A DNA stretch of 64,000 nt from Sphaerodactylus townsendi. Lineage: Eukaryota. Location: NCBI RefSeq assembly GCF_021028975.2, contig NC_059427.1:99696001-99760000 (forward strand), in the 5' to 3' direction. Shown here one piece after another: positions 1 through 13,658 of the stretch; the stretch's first letter is position 1; every line of letters begins with the position of its first letter. The notes beneath the pieces were generated by a model that was not told where the DNA came from, did not search any database, and saw nothing but the letters and a program-made list of their open reading frames with translations. The position numbers and the translations under genes are program-made.

Positions 1-865
1 TGATGAAATGGGAAAAAGGCTAATGTGGTCTTGGGATATATCAACAGAGTCCTAGCTCTGCTGTACACCACATTAGTCATGCTGCACTTGGAGTCCTGTG
101 TGCAGGTCTGGAAGCCTCAATTAAACATGGGCAAGGATAGAATGAAGCTGTTACAAAGGATAGTGATGAGGATGATCAGGGGCCTGGAGAACAAGTCCTA
201 TGAGGAAAAGCTGAGGGACCTGGGAATGTTCAGCCTGCAAAAGAGGAGATTGAGGAAGGAGATTGAGGAATATGCTGCCACAGGAGGTGGTGATGGCCAC
301 TAACCTGGATAGCTTTAAAAAGGGCTTGGACAGATTTATGGAGGAGAAGTCAATCTATGGCTACCAATCTTGATCCTCCTTGATCTCAGATTGCAAATGC
401 CTTAGCAGACCGGGTGCTCAGGAGCAGCAGCAGCAGCAGAAGGCCATTGCTTTCACATCCTGCATGTGAGCTCCCAAAGGCACATGGTGGGCCACTGCGA
501 GTAGCAGAGTGCTGGACTAGATGGACTCTGGTCTGATCCAGCAGGCTAGTTCTTATGTTCTTATGACCTTATTGCTCTCTTTAAATATAGAAATGCCGGC
601 ACTTAAAGGAAAGCAGAGAGCTGTTCCTGTTGGTAGCAGAGTGCAGGGCTTGCAATAATAGATTAAAATTATGAGCAGAAATGTACCAAATAGATATTTG
701 CATTGTTGAGCGATGGAATCAGTTGCTTACAGAGGTGATGATTTCTCCCTCACTAGCAATGTTCAAGCAACAGCTTGGTGAACATTTGTCAGAGATGCTT
801 TTGGCTGATGATTGTGCATGGATCAAAGGCCGTGGCCCCTTCCAACTCTGTGATTCTATGATATT
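1..865 (+). mobile_element. CR1 LINE 3' fragment (RT C-terminus plus tail), interrupted by a second LINE 3' end at ~262-565
   Basis: Translation ...LENKSYEEKLRDLGMFSLQKRRLR..., later ERWNQL..EV; tail ttccaactctgtgattctatga. Confidence 0.85.
262..565 (+). mobile_element. Second CR1-type LINE 3' end with (TTCTTATG)n tail
   Basis: LPQEVVMATNLDSFKKGLDRFMEE-like end of ORF2; the 3' UTR is near-identical to 61452-61565. Confidence 0.75.
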
Positions 866-3174
866 AAAGTGGATACAACGGAATGGATCCCACTTAGGCA
901 CAAGTTTCTGGGGGGTGCAAGTCATAGTGCCTCCAGATATGTTTTTGCTGTTCCTCCATCTTATGGGAGTCTGAAATGGCCCCTGAAATGCTGCTCTTAA
1001 AAGAGAGGGCTCAGCCATTTGGGCTGTTGCAGGAAGGAGGAGCCCTGAAAATTCTACTCCACAAGTAGAAGTCCTTGCTTCTACAGAAATGCTGAATTGG
1101 ATCCACTCTAAGACATCCATTTATTTTGCTCTGTTATAATCTGCGGTCAAAATTGTGTTGCAGTTGTTTAAGTACTGCAAAAACCTGACAAACCTTCTTT
1201 GCCACAGATTATGAAAAAATAGAGAAAACCCCCAAAATGAATATCCATGCTATAGGCAATAATGAGTCATATTATTCCTGGAAGGGAAAAACCCTACTGT
1301 CTGTAAAGGGAAATGTAAGGAAAGGTACATGTGTTCTGCTAATCCCAGGAACATTGCCAATTGGAGCAAAACCTCGGGATTTTTTCATTGCCTACTGTGG
1401 TGCCCAACTAATTTTAAAAAAATGAATCTACTTTACTCAGTACATTTGTCCTGTCTCTTAAAATTAGAAACCCTCATTGGTATCAGTCCTGTTACTAACA
1501 AAAGTAACTGGTGCTGCAATGGCGACCAATAAGAATGGCACCCTCAAGACAAAAGAGAAGCGAGAGAAGGAGGATTCAGCTGGGCACAGTCTGATCCAAT
1601 ATGCACAAGAGATTAAAGCTTCCCTCCTCCATATGAGACCAGGGTGCGTCCTATCATGTGTAGTGTATAAAACAAAAATTCTTCAGCCTTCCCACCCCCC
1701 ATCAGTTGCAGAGAAAATCTCAAAGAATAAGGAAGCAAGTTTTTTCTATACAGAAATGGAACCTTTTCTGTGGAAAAGCCCAAAATATTTCTGTTAGTTT
1801 TTATTCCTTGTACACTAATAAATGCAACAATTCTCCTCAGCCACCAAAACCACAAAATACTAAGAAAAGTCCCATTTTCATCCAACTGCGATCTCCATTT
1901 TATCCCTGGTTATCGGGTCGAGCACCTGCTTGGCAAAATAACTTCCTCACCTTTTCTTCCAAGTTTTGAGTCTAAAAGAACTTGAAGGGATGCCTCTACC
2001 TGTGTCAGCAGTGGAGGGCAGCTAAGGAATAGAATCCATGACAGATGAAGTTTAGCTAGTTGGGACCCAAACAAAAGCCATCTTTTTAGCTGCTCTGACC
2101 CCTTGGAATGTTCTCCTCCCTCTGCATATGAAATGTCCCCAACCTCCATGTGGAGTCTGGAGTGTTCCTAGAATTGTAACTAATCTCCAGACAACAGAGA
2201 TCAGTTCCCAAGGAAGAAATGACAGGTTTAAAAGATGTGCCATGAGGTCCCTGCCAAGCTGTCTTTCCCTTCTCCAAACCTCACCATCCCCCCAAAATGC
2301 TAGAATTTTTCCAGACTGGAGATGATAACCTTATGTGATTTCATTGCCTGTGAGCACCAATTCAATACATTAACTTTCCATGCTCAGTTTTAAATGGTAC
2401 TAGTAATGGTAGTTGCTTATGGAAATGCCTGCTGGAAAACTGCTGTTTTTTTTTTCTGGAGGTAGATAATTTCTGTGGTTGGCAGGGTAATTGGTGTTCT
2501 TCCCTGTCCCTCCCTTGATAGCAGCTGAAACCATGGCTGCTACAACCAGCCTGACCTCTGCATTTCATACTTAAAAAAAAGAGGTTCTAGAGAAGTCTGC
2601 TTTCCCACCCCTCTGCAGTAAAAGCATTTATTGAAGTGAATGTACATACACTGAAGCATTGTTTTTATTTTAGAAAAACCCAAGGTCTGTTCTGATGCTG
2701 CTCAGAGAGATTGAAAGAAATAAATAACCAGGTGGAGAGAGGCTAAATATTGACTATGCTCCAGTTAAAGCCTGGTTTTAATTTCATTAGTCTTGCTCTA
2801 TATAAAAGATCATGAAAGTGTGCAACAAAGTTTAACAATACTGGAATAAGGCTAAATTAAGAAGGAAACTTACCAGAATGAAAAACGATATAGCAAATGG
2901 AAAACATGTGTTAAAGCAGTACATGGAACACTCTTAAATAGCCAAAGCTTAACCCAAGGCGTTCCATGAATCACACCTCAAAGTTACACAGTTGAAAAAC
3001 AACAGGTGTGTTACCTGACTGATAAGTTATAAGAGAAAGCCGGTCCTACAAGGTCAGTTTGGGTATCAGTCAGGTAGATTGGTCAGATCCCAAATACCCT
3101 TGAAGTATAATAGCAGGCCTATATAGTAACAAGCAGTTCAGTTAATAAATTCATCAAGTCAAATTCTACAAACA

Positions 3175-3315
3175 GGCTCATTCCACACATGCAGAATAAT
3201 GCACTTTCAAACTGCTTTCACTGCTCTTTCAAGCCGTGCGGAATAGCAAAATCCACTTGCAAACAGTTATGAAAGTGGTTTGAAAGCGCATTATTTTGCG
3301 TGTGCGGAAGGGGCC
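3175..3315. mobile_element. PIF/Harbinger-like MITE
   Basis: TIR ggc(t/c)c(a/c)ttcc(a/g)caca; same family as 26957, 30551 and 31546. Confidence 0.75.
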
Positions 3316-3322
3316 ATACATC

Positions 3323-3458
3323 CAGTGGTAGGATTCAAATAATTTAACAACCGGTTCTAGTGGTGAGATTCAAATAATTTAAGAACTGGTTGTTTACAAG
3401 CACCATTTTAACAACCGATTCTGCTGAAGTGGTGCGAACCTGCTGAATCCCACCACTG
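3323..3458. mobile_element. hAT MITE
   Basis: TIR cagtggt(a/g)ggattca; 8-bp TSD CATACATC/CATAGATC. Confidence 0.85.
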
Positions 3459-3905
3459 CATAGATCCTCGTAACAAGAAACATAATTTATATTAAGTCTT
3501 TTGTGCATTTTGTTAGATCCTGTTAGACTTGGATATCCCCATTATAGAAAACATGAAATGTCATTAGTTACATTCAGTCCATGTGGATGCTTGCTCTGTG
3601 TCCAAGTAAGTGAATAAATCTGGCTTCTTGTAATAAAATACGATTGGTTGGAAATGCCTGTTATGCCTAAAGGTCCATAAACTTTCTTAAGTCCATATGC
3701 TTTAATCAACATGTCTTTCAAAGAGTCAGTTCTCCTAAAACCAAAGCCTGGATGTGTGTCACAGCCAGGATGTTGTACTCTCCAGTCCATCCAATAAACA
3801 ACTCAGTTGAATACAATTGATGTTTTATTGAATGACAGCTTCAGGTAGGTTGCATGGTAAAGGATCCTTGACAAGACTAAATCTGGTGCCTAAATTTCAC
3901 TAGGA

Positions 3906-4022
3906 CAGTGATGGCGAACCTTTGGCACTCCAGATGTTATGGACTACAATTCCCATCAGCCCCTGCCAGCATGGCCAATTGTAGTCCATAACATCTGGAG
4001 TGCCAAAGGTTCACCACCACGG
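3906..4022. mobile_element. hAT MITE (palindromic)
   Basis: Long inverted repeat; perfect 8-bp TSD CACTAGGA. Confidence 0.9.
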
Positions 4023-5754
4023 CACTAGGATATACTCAGTTCACAGCTCCTCCCAACTCTGTTGTCAAGTGACCACATCCTCCTTAGCGGTTCCCAGTCT
4101 TGTTAGGCTCCCAGGCACTGACCATCTACCCTTAATACTCTCTCCTTTACAATAACACAGATCTACTCACAAACACTTTGCATGTCTGATCACTCTGGAT
4201 CTTCAGAGTCCAATTTCTTACATTTTTGTCAGAAGCTCTGCCTGCGTTACTAACTCCACCCACTCACAGGCAGTCATTCAAACACTCAGGCTCTGTAAGG
4301 GATTAACACTTTAGAGTTAGGCTTTTCTGCCTCTGCCTGGTACTTTGATCTGTCACACCTTGCTTATGCAAGAGTTGTTGCAGTTTTGGAATTTCATCTT
4401 CCTGGCTTCAGAAATCTATTTTATATAGGAAGAAGCCATTCTTTCCCTATTGTACTGGAAACATTTGATTGGATCAGTTCAAGTCTGATGAGCAACATTC
4501 TTCCTGAGCTGGAGGAGAATCACATGCTTAGGTCTGACTGTGGTGTGTTTGTACAGAGAGCTTATTACCAGATACTACCGTGTTAGAGGAAGTTCAATTT
4601 GTTGTGACAGTAGAAGTAAGGATCTCATTTTGCTCTATGAAACAGAGAAACTCCATTATGATCTCATCAGGTCAATTATCTGGTATAACTACAGCTAGTT
4701 GAATGAAAGATGTTAAGGAGTTTTTAAAGGAATTTCAGTATTTACATAGAAAGTCTGTTTTCAAAAATCCCCCAGACTAGAAAACCACATATTTTCAAAT
4801 TCTATTTTCAGTGTTTGGTGATAGAGTATGAAGATCAGTCGAGTTTTCCTGTTTGCATTTCCTTGTGGCTGTTATATTTCTTGCTGTAAACTGACTTGGG
4901 GGTTATGGAGGTCAAAATGGAAGGCAGCGTATTATTTTAAACAAATTGAATAATTATGTTTAATAGCCCGCTTGTAATGTAAGATTTGGGGGTGGGCCGC
5001 CCAACCCAGAGCCCTAGATAGCCAGTGAGAGCACCACTGCAGTGCCATTCTGCCATCTCCAGAGGACTTTATGGTGGCATGAGAAGGGACAAACAAACAA
5101 ACAAACAAACAAAAACCTGCTGCCAGAAAGCCCTCCATTGAGCTCAATGGTCTTACACCACCTCGGAGCAAGGAGAAACTGCGCCCGGGTGCGCGTGCGC
5201 CCTGCCCTGCTCTGGAATGCCCTGGAATGTCCCCACCCACCCTGTGGGTGCTACACCACTGCACCACCTGAAATGGTTGGATAAGTCTGAGGATGAGGGC
5301 ACCATGCTCTCAGTCTCAAACCATGGGTAGAAGCTAACTAATGTTTCTGGTTTCACCCCCAGAAATGCCCCTGGAATACTCTCTGCCATTCCAGTGCAGT
5401 GTCCTGTGTTGGTGGAGCTGGGACATGGAGGCCACTTCCAGGGTCTGTCCCCTCTGCTGGCACATTTGCCGCATCAGTGCATGGCTGCGCCAGCTCCAGA
5501 GATGAGTTTGCCCTTCCCCTCTGTATTGGGCTGTTAGGATTACAAATCTTTTCACTATTCCTGTGTTTAATAGCAACTTGATATGCAAATGTCATAATGC
5601 TTAGCACCATGCTAACAAAAATGTCACCTATGCTAATACCTCCTGGCCAAGTGGCATAGGCACAGAACTGAGCCAGGACACCCCCCCCCCGTTCCATTGG
5701 CAACCTTAGTTCCCCAGGAATTCAAACATTTTTCATATGAGATGTTTGAATCAA

Positions 5755-6591
5755 CAAATGAAACCAGAGGCTTTCCTTTTGGGTTTTATGGACAGACAAC
5801 TTGAAAGAAAACATTATATATGACATCAATGGTGAGAAGAATATTATATGTGCAAAACTGGAAAGCTGCATCTATACGTTCCACATGAGAATGTCTTATG
5901 AAGTTGTTGGAATTGGTGGAAATGACTGAACTTACCTCTTTGATTAGAAAAAAGAACTTATCAAAATTCACTGATAAATGAAAATCCCTGATAAGCTCTG
6001 TATAAAACAGGAAAACATATTTTGCCACCCTGGGATTCCCCTTTTCTCTGTGTTCCACCTTTTAATCATTTAGTTAGGAGATCTTTGAACATTATTGTAG
6101 ATGGAACAGTTGAGGCAGATGGACTGAGTCCCCACCTGAACCAAGTTTGTTTGTTTGGAGATTTTTAGATAAAGTGTAAATTGTGTTGCCACATGGGTTT
6201 TTGTTAGTTGTAAACTGTAGAATTAGACTATTTTACATATTGTTGTTGATTTTATATTACGTGATTACCATGTTGTTAACTGCCCTGAGCTCAAAAGGGG
6301 AGAAGTAGTCTGGAAATGTAATTTCATAATAATGATGATGATTTGTGGATCCGAGGTATAGAAGAACAAGAAAATAGATATAATAGAGAAAAGTGTGAAG
6401 CTTATTAGTAATAATAATGAACTCATTTTACAGTTGTAACTAGAGAGCAAGTAGTAAACTTTTAAGTGTTTTCAAACTTGATTCAGATGAAATCAGAAGG
6501 CTTCCCTTTCCCTTGTTATATGTGTGTGTGTTTTTCCTCCCCTCTGTTTGTTTGAACTCTGTATGTTTTAAAAGTTTTAATAATAAAAAAT
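5755..6591 (+). mobile_element. L1-type LINE 3' fragment (ORF2 C-terminus, 3' UTR, polyA), decayed and interrupted
   Basis: Reads KPEAFLLGFMDRQLERKH...RILYVQNWK...LMKLLELVEM.ELTSLIR, resembling squamate L1 ORF2 ends; AATAAA and an A-run at ~6583-6590. Confidence 0.65.
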
Positions 6592-7749
6592 GTTTTTACT
6601 GTGAAATGTTTGATTCAGACTTCTGAGACATCAATTGAATCATTAAGGATATGTTAGTTGAATGAAATTCAGTAACAAAATTCAGGGAAAGTGTAACAGA
6701 TCTAGGAAAATAATGGCATAGTCCTGATAACGCGGTCTAGATTCTACTATGACACTTTAATTCTACTATGACACTTTAACTATACCCAGTGATAAGAAAC
6801 ACAGAAAAATATAACAGTGTGTTAAAATACTGTCAGTGCAAAACTAAACATGGGATTGGTGGCATTGCTTTTAGTAGGGCAAATAGTCCAATTCTAGCAG
6901 TATTTACTCAGAAGTCAGAACCAGTGATTTCAGTAGGATTTAAAGGAAATATGGTAAGAATCAGTCTGTGTGGGTTAATCTACATGTTCTTTCTTCTAGG
7001 GTGGCTTTATGATATGTAGATAGGAGGAACATCACACATATTTAATGCATACCATATAAGCAAAACAGGTCTATGCACAGGAATACTTCCCTAACTTATG
7101 TAAAACTATCATTGTAAGTATAAGTAAGCTGCGTGTCAAAGCTTGCACTCAGGTCTGTTTGGCCACACTTTTGCTGGCAAATTGACAGAACAACCAACCC
7201 AGCTGAACTTCCTGTGGCTTCATCCACTAGCAACCCTTTACAGGCTTGTAGTGACAACTCTTTTTTCTTTGTGAATAAATATATGTGCAAAATACTGTTT
7301 ATTTCTTCCTTTCTGTCCAAAGTACATATTGTTGCCTCTAGGAATTTAATTCCAACCCCCTTTTAAATTTATCCTACAGTATTGTGTCTGAGCTCTAAAG
7401 CAAAGGTCTATGTGGTCCTGAAAAAAGAACTCCTCATAAGTTACTAGTATAGGATTCCAAGTTAATTTGAACAAACTAAATGTTATTTATGGATTTTTTT
7501 TAGCTTAATTACAAGAAGTAATTTATCTTATCTCTAGAATGAGTAACACAATCTTAGGCAATAACTTCTGGTTGAAGTGACTTTCACTTCACCTAAATCT
7601 ACTCTCTCTCTCTAAATTCCTGTGGCCATATTAGGTTTTGACTCCATTTCTGGTCTCCCAATGACTTCTAAGTGTATTCTACCTATTTTGGGAGGCAGTT
7701 TTATACTTTTTGTAACACTAGGCAGGATTCTAGTCAGAAATATGCTTTG

Positions 7750-8120
7750 CTGTCTGAGGGTGGAACCTTCTCATGGATCCTCTCCCAATAATCACACGAC
7801 ACCTTGGCTGGGATAAATCAATTTGCCATAACCATTTATTATACAAAAGACAGAAGAGTGAGGCGAAGCATGGGTCTTGATCTGATTGTCATGGCAAAGC
7901 TCCTGCGGGCGGATGCCTGTTACTGGAGCTCTGCTCTGCTGAGGGGCTCTGCTGGGTGGACGCTCCTGGCAAGAGGTGTTCCCCATTGGCCTTGTCCAGC
8001 AGGGCGGTCGCCTCTTGCCGCCGTCGGCCACTCGAAGTGGGGGAAGAGATAGCTCCCTAGCTCCCTTTCCCTGGCCCTTTCGGATCAATACCCATGTGCC
8101 TGCCGCCGAGGGCTATGACA
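7750..8120. repeat. CpG-rich LTR-like fragment
   Basis: Ends in ATGACA; internal TGTCAT at 7887; minus-strand AATAAA ~7837; no TSD found. Confidence 0.3.
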
Positions 8121-8145
8121 ATAGAACATGAATTCCCAACTGACA

Positions 8146-8189
<44 letters not shown>
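8146..8189. repeat. (CT)n(CA)n microsatellite
   Basis: Direct inspection. Confidence 0.95.
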
Positions 8190-8737
8190 TGAATCTTCAC
8201 TGCCTCTCTCAAGTGTCAACCAATCACCTCACTCTCTCATCCCCCTTTCACTCCCCCTTACTTCCATAAGTCACCTCTCATTTAAATGAAAACACACATG
8301 ACATTTAAAACACACATAACATTTAAAAGGATCAGTTGAGAACTGGAGACTAGAAAGAGAAGAGTTCTCAGATAAGGGGCTGGAGTACTGAAAGTAGGAT
8401 AGTAGCCTCTTGTAACCTGAGAGAGTCAGGGAACTTACAATAGAGTGTTCTGAAAAATAACAACAACCCAGGTTTGAAAACCTCATAATATATTTATCCT
8501 GAATAATTTTGTCAACAGTTCCAAAATGTTTCATGAGCCTGTATTATAGAATTCTATATTGTGTGTACTGGATTATTGTCCTTAAGAAATTCCAAATCCT
8601 GATTTCCCCTGATCTTCCTCTTCTTGTTTAAATAAAATCTGTTGCTTTTTAAAACTACTCAAAAATTCTCAAGTACCATTTCATCTGTGTAGGAAACTCT
8701 TGCCTCTGAAGTAAAGGGAAGTGGAAGAGGATCATCA

Positions 8738-9790
8738 TACACAGCTTACCATGGATTTTCCCAGTGGTTACACTTGGTGCCTCAGAAATATTTTCCATGT
8801 AATCATTCCACACACCTTAATTCCCCCCATCATTTTTCTATTGTTTCTTCAGTTGCATTTATTCCCCATGCTGCTGCTGAAAACAAATTCCATGATGCAG
8901 AAGGACAACCCTCTCTCTTTTTCTTTTGTAGTAGCACTTTAGAGGCACTGTACAGTTACATTTTGAAGTGGCAATTTAAAAATGTCTCAATCTCTATATC
9001 TGCTATTGAGAACTACCAACCTAAAATGGAAGCCAAAACAAGTTTTGTAGCAAGCACTATTACCTGAAGAAACAAAACCATGTACCTCACCTCTCTACAA
9101 AAAATCATATTTCCCAGACAAATTAGTTGAAGTAATTCACAGTCATTATTATGGCTGTCCCTTGACAATTTCACTATCTCCTAACTGTAGACACAGTATA
9201 CTTTTGCCTAAATGTTACATCACTAGTTCAATGTGAAATTGACAAAGCTGATCCAATCACCCCTGCTCTTTTGTATCTGTGTCTGAACTTTAACACTGAA
9301 GAGGAAGAGTTTGGATTTATACCCCACCTTTCTCTATTGTGTTTCTGCACTCCTAGCTGGCTCGACACCATGCAAGATCTATGTGAAATTGATAAGCCAA
9401 TCTAATCACCCCTGCTTCTCCTGCTTCTTATCTCTGCCTCAATGTTACATCACTATTTGATATGTCAAAGAAAAAAGAATTTTAAAAATCCCTTTCGAAA
9501 ATTGAGGAGAAAGGGAAGGATAAAATGGCTGAAGGGGTTGGATGACTACACATGGGCATGGACAAGGGCCAGTTGTTTTATTGGGTGGAGAAATAAAGAC
9601 AGCTTCAACACAATTTCATTTTCAAAGTAAGCTGGCTTGGAAACAGATAGAAAAAACATCACGGTGAAAATATTCAAGAAAACAACAGAGGAAAAATGAA
9701 GAAAAAAATTTCTTGACCCAAACAATGGAAAAAAATGTGCAGAATTAAAAGGAAAAACCATAGCTTTTGGTAACAAGATTCATGTATGCA
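8738..9790. repeat. Unclassified ~1 kb interspersed repeat; other copies at 52995-53395 plus 54850-55560 and, reversed, ~62870-63025
   Basis: Shared blocks acagcttaccat.gattttcccag, caatttcact..ctcctaactgt.gaca, gaaa.tgacaaag.tgatccaatca, agaggaaaaatgaag.aaaaa. Confidence 0.7.
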
Positions 9791-10484
9791 ACTTGTGCGG
9801 CTAAGACTGCTGTCTATCAACTGATTTTCTTGATTGGTTTTGGATTTCTCCTTGCTCTGACAAGATGCTTTGGACATTCTTGCTTTGATCATTGGTTGGC
9901 CTAAATGGGAGTTCTAGAGGACCTCACCACCCAATCCTGAGGGTGGTGTGGCCAGGGATGACTTCACTGCTGCTTCACCTCCACAGGGCTTTCAGGTGGT
10001 GTAGGGGTGCAGCCAAAAAGAAAAAAAACCCTCCCTGGCTGCCTGAAAGCCCCATTTAAATAAATGGACGTACTCTGAGGCCTGGGCTGTAGTGTTCCCA
10101 ACCCTAAAGGCCAGGTGCAAGCTGAATACAGTCAGCTTCTCCCTCAGGAATGCTTCCAGCATGCCCCTACTGTGCCAACAGGGCTGGCTGCAGTGCAGGA
10201 GCACTGAGCAGAGCCCAGCACTGCATTCAGGCACCCTAGAGGATCATGGCTAACCACTGGCGTCCCCCCCCCCACCAATGTCAGTGCCCCATGGATTGCA
10301 AATCCTCTGATGTGGTCCTGCACTGCATCCAGGAGGCAATTCCCCACTCCCCAGATTGGGTCATTAGTCCAGGAAAAAGTGGTCCAATAATATTTTGTGG
10401 TTGGAATGTAAAGGCTGCAACCTGTGCACATGAAGAGAATTGACTTCTAAGTCTGTTTCATAACCATCTTTTTTTAATAAAATG

Positions 10485-10727
10485 NNNNNNNNNNNNNNNN
10501 NNNNNNNNNNNNNNNNNNNNNNNNNNNNNNNNNNNNNNNNNNNNNNNNNNNNNNNNNNNNNNNNNNNNNNNNNNNNNNNNNNNNNNNNNNNNNNNNNNNN
10601 NNNNNNNNNNNNNNNNNNNNNNNNNNNNNNNNNNNNNNNNNNNNNNNNNNNNNNNNNNNNNNNNNNNNNNNNNNNNNNNNNNNNNNNNNNNNNNNNNNNN
10701 NNNNNNNNNNNNNNNNNNNNNNNNNNN
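10485..10727. other. Assembly gap (N run)
   Basis: Ns. Confidence 1.
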
Positions 10728-11729
10728 CCCTTAGTTTAGTGAAATATTAATTTTATGATGCCTTTGTAATGTATTATTAATAATTTTAATGTACAACTTT
10801 TACCATTGTAAGTCACCCTGAGCTCATTAAGGGGAAGGATGGCTTACAAATTATCGATAAAATGGTGTTGAGAACTGTTTTCCCCATTTTACTTGTTTCC
10901 TTCATGAAACACAGATAGATTCTTCCACAAAAAATATGCAAAAAAGTGTATTTTAACCACAGTGGTCAGAACTAGGATTTCCTGTTTCAGAAATAGTCAT
11001 TCTAGAATGACAGCACTGCTGTACAGAACAACTAGTAATCATTTCCAGAGTTTTGTGGATTTCAATATAGGGTGGGTTTTCCTACACAGTACTGAATAGT
11101 GTAGTGAAATGTATCAACAACAGTATAAATGTCAGTGTATGAACATATTTCATGGTGGGATGAATCCATAGCCAGATTCAAAGGCCTGCTTTTTCTTACA
11201 TTCAAGACAAATTACAAAAAAGCTGCACATGTTAAGAGTGTTGATAATCATTATTTTGTACATCATACAAATAAGAGCTATGAGTACTCCCAAGGGATAA
11301 GCATATATTCTTTGAAAAACAGGGAAATATCTATGTAGCCATTTTGACCTACTCTTCTTCCGAGGTGATGCACAGGTTTATCTCATCCTCCATTTTATAT
11401 TCAAAACATACCTGTGAATTAGGTGATGCTGAGAATGGAGTATGAGTAGCCCAGTAGCCCACAGTCATTCAGTGAGCTTCATGGATAAGTAGAGAACTAA
11501 TAGTTATAGTAATAGTTTGGGATGTGTAATGGTAAATAAAACATGTTTTCCTATTACACCTCCCACACCCTTCCTGGACTCTATATTTATGTAGCCCTAT
11601 TCTTCTGGTTGAGATAAACCCAGGTTCTTTCAAATCTTAGTCTAACACTATATAGCGCACTGGCTTACCTGTTAGTGGTGGCTGTTTGCCCAAATGGTGT
11701 TCATGGAGCTTTGATTTATGCTTGTATAT

Positions 11730-11944
11730 GTGTGTAAAGTGTTGTCAAGTTACAGCTAACTTATGACAGTCTTCCTATTGGGTTTTCAAGGCAAGAGATT
11801 AATAGAGGCGCATTGCCTTTCTCTGCATAGCAACATCTGTATTCCTTGGAGATCTCACAGCCAAATATTAACCCAAGTCAACCTTGCTTTGTTTCCAAAG
11901 TATTTGATGAGATTGGGCTAGCCTGGGCTATCCAGCTCAGGGCT
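11730..11944 (-). mobile_element. 5S rRNA-derived SINE (decayed)
   Basis: The minus-strand head resembles 5S (cccgatctcgtc.gatctcggaagctaagcagggtc...ttggatgggagac), followed by a non-5S tail shared with 16400-16598. Confidence 0.65.
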
Positions 11945-13658
11945 GGATTTATGCATAGTTGTATGCAAGGTAAGATAATTTGTCAGTCAAATGGTTATGT
12001 GAATCCAAATTGAGCAAATTGGCAATAATTACTCATCTTACCTCCTCAGAGTCAAAGCAATGACTCAAGCAAAAAAGTAATACATGGGGAATATACAATA
12101 TAAGAACAGCCCTGCTGGTCCACCTAGCCCAGCATACTGTTTCACAACCAGTTGTCCTGGATGATCAAAATACTGCGCCTAGAGACCAAGTATTTTCCTG
12201 ATGTTGGTTGGAGTGTGGTGCAGCCCATTGGGCTACGTAGGGAGTTTGCAGGGCAGCCAGGGATCCGTACCCTGCTTCCCCTGCCAGCCACTGTGAAACT
12301 ACGGTGGACAGCACTGTACAGGTTTTTCAGTTCCTCAGATTCTTAGGCTGGGTCAAAATACATCTACATACATTAACACTGGGGGGTTTGGGTGGAGGAG
12401 GGCAGACAGAGAAATAAAGAACAAAAATGAGCCACTTAATTAATTGGGGGGGGGGGGGGGAAAGTGGGGAATTGTCATATACTGTCAAAAGATACACATA
12501 ATAATTGAAGTCTCATTTCAAAATATTAAACATATTTGAAACTGTGTGCCCATTAATAATTGGCGGTGGCAGATGTGTATTTCCCCCATCATTGGACATG
12601 TTTGAACAGTTTGGATGCAACTGAACAGTGTACAGAATTTTGTATATTTGCAAGCAGGAAGCAAACCAAAAAGTATTGCAAATTGAGGCCACAATGACTA
12701 GAAGCAGATGTTTGCTATGTTTTTTTTTGGAGCGGAGTAACTACATAAGGAGTATATTGTTAATTTTGGCCAGTTTCAGATCTTCAGCAATGGAATATGT
12801 AGAGGCAGGACAACTGTAGGAACATCTGGTTGACAAATCTTTTATTGAATTGTTTCAGTTAGCTCTCAAACTGAGTTTGAGATAGAGAGATTTTGTTTCT
12901 CACTTCAGATGCTGTGGAAAAACAATAGGGAGAATCATCACATCTTTGCCTTGGCTCTAGATACCTAGACATATGTGGCTAACTGTTTCATAATACTAGA
13001 CCTGGTGGACCTTGGTCTGGTTCAGTAAGACAGCTATTGTGTCCTTTTTGTCAATAAACAATGGAACCTGTTTTTCAAAGTTTGGGGTTTAAGTGGCATG
13101 GTACCATATTCAGCTTCCTTGTGCCAGTGGAGTTGCCGGCTGAGATATGCCATGATTTTTGTTGTGAATCTCTATTCTGCACTATGGGTGAGTTCTTTTT
13201 TTAAAAAACTGTTTGGGCTTCCCGCACCACAGGAAAGCCCTTTGGAGTGGGTGGAGTGGTGCCCAAGCTGCATTGTCCCCACCCGCCTGACAGCTCTGAA
13301 TGTGCTATTAAAGTAAGTGCAAAACAAAATTAGTTTGAGATACAAAAAAGAGAAGTAACATGGAAACAGAATTTTTCAGGCTGAAATAGCCAGGAGGGGA
13401 GAAAAATCAAAATTTTCTTGCTGTCATCTCACTCTCACCCAGTCAAGTCTCAAAGATGACTCCTTGTGGTTTGTATTTTTTTCCAGTGACCAGTACCATC
13501 TTGCCCATTATTCCAGCAGCAGACCCTCTGACTGGGAGGATGAAAGGGTACTTTCCCCCTTCTCAAGCCAGAACTGAAATGAAATTAATTATAATTTCCA
13601 AACTCTTATATTCGACTCAGCTTGGATATTAGTGCCACATTCTAGCCAAAGGCAGTGG

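Noticed and set aside
3757-4357. TG...CA-bounded segment as a solo LTR
   Set aside because: No TSD and no second copy to support the boundaries.
4398-4418. LPGFRNL resembling GABRP LPGFENL
   Set aside because: Flanking residues do not match, and the strand is opposite to that expected from synteny.
10482-10739. 85-aa poly-X ORF
   Set aside because: Artefact of the N gap.
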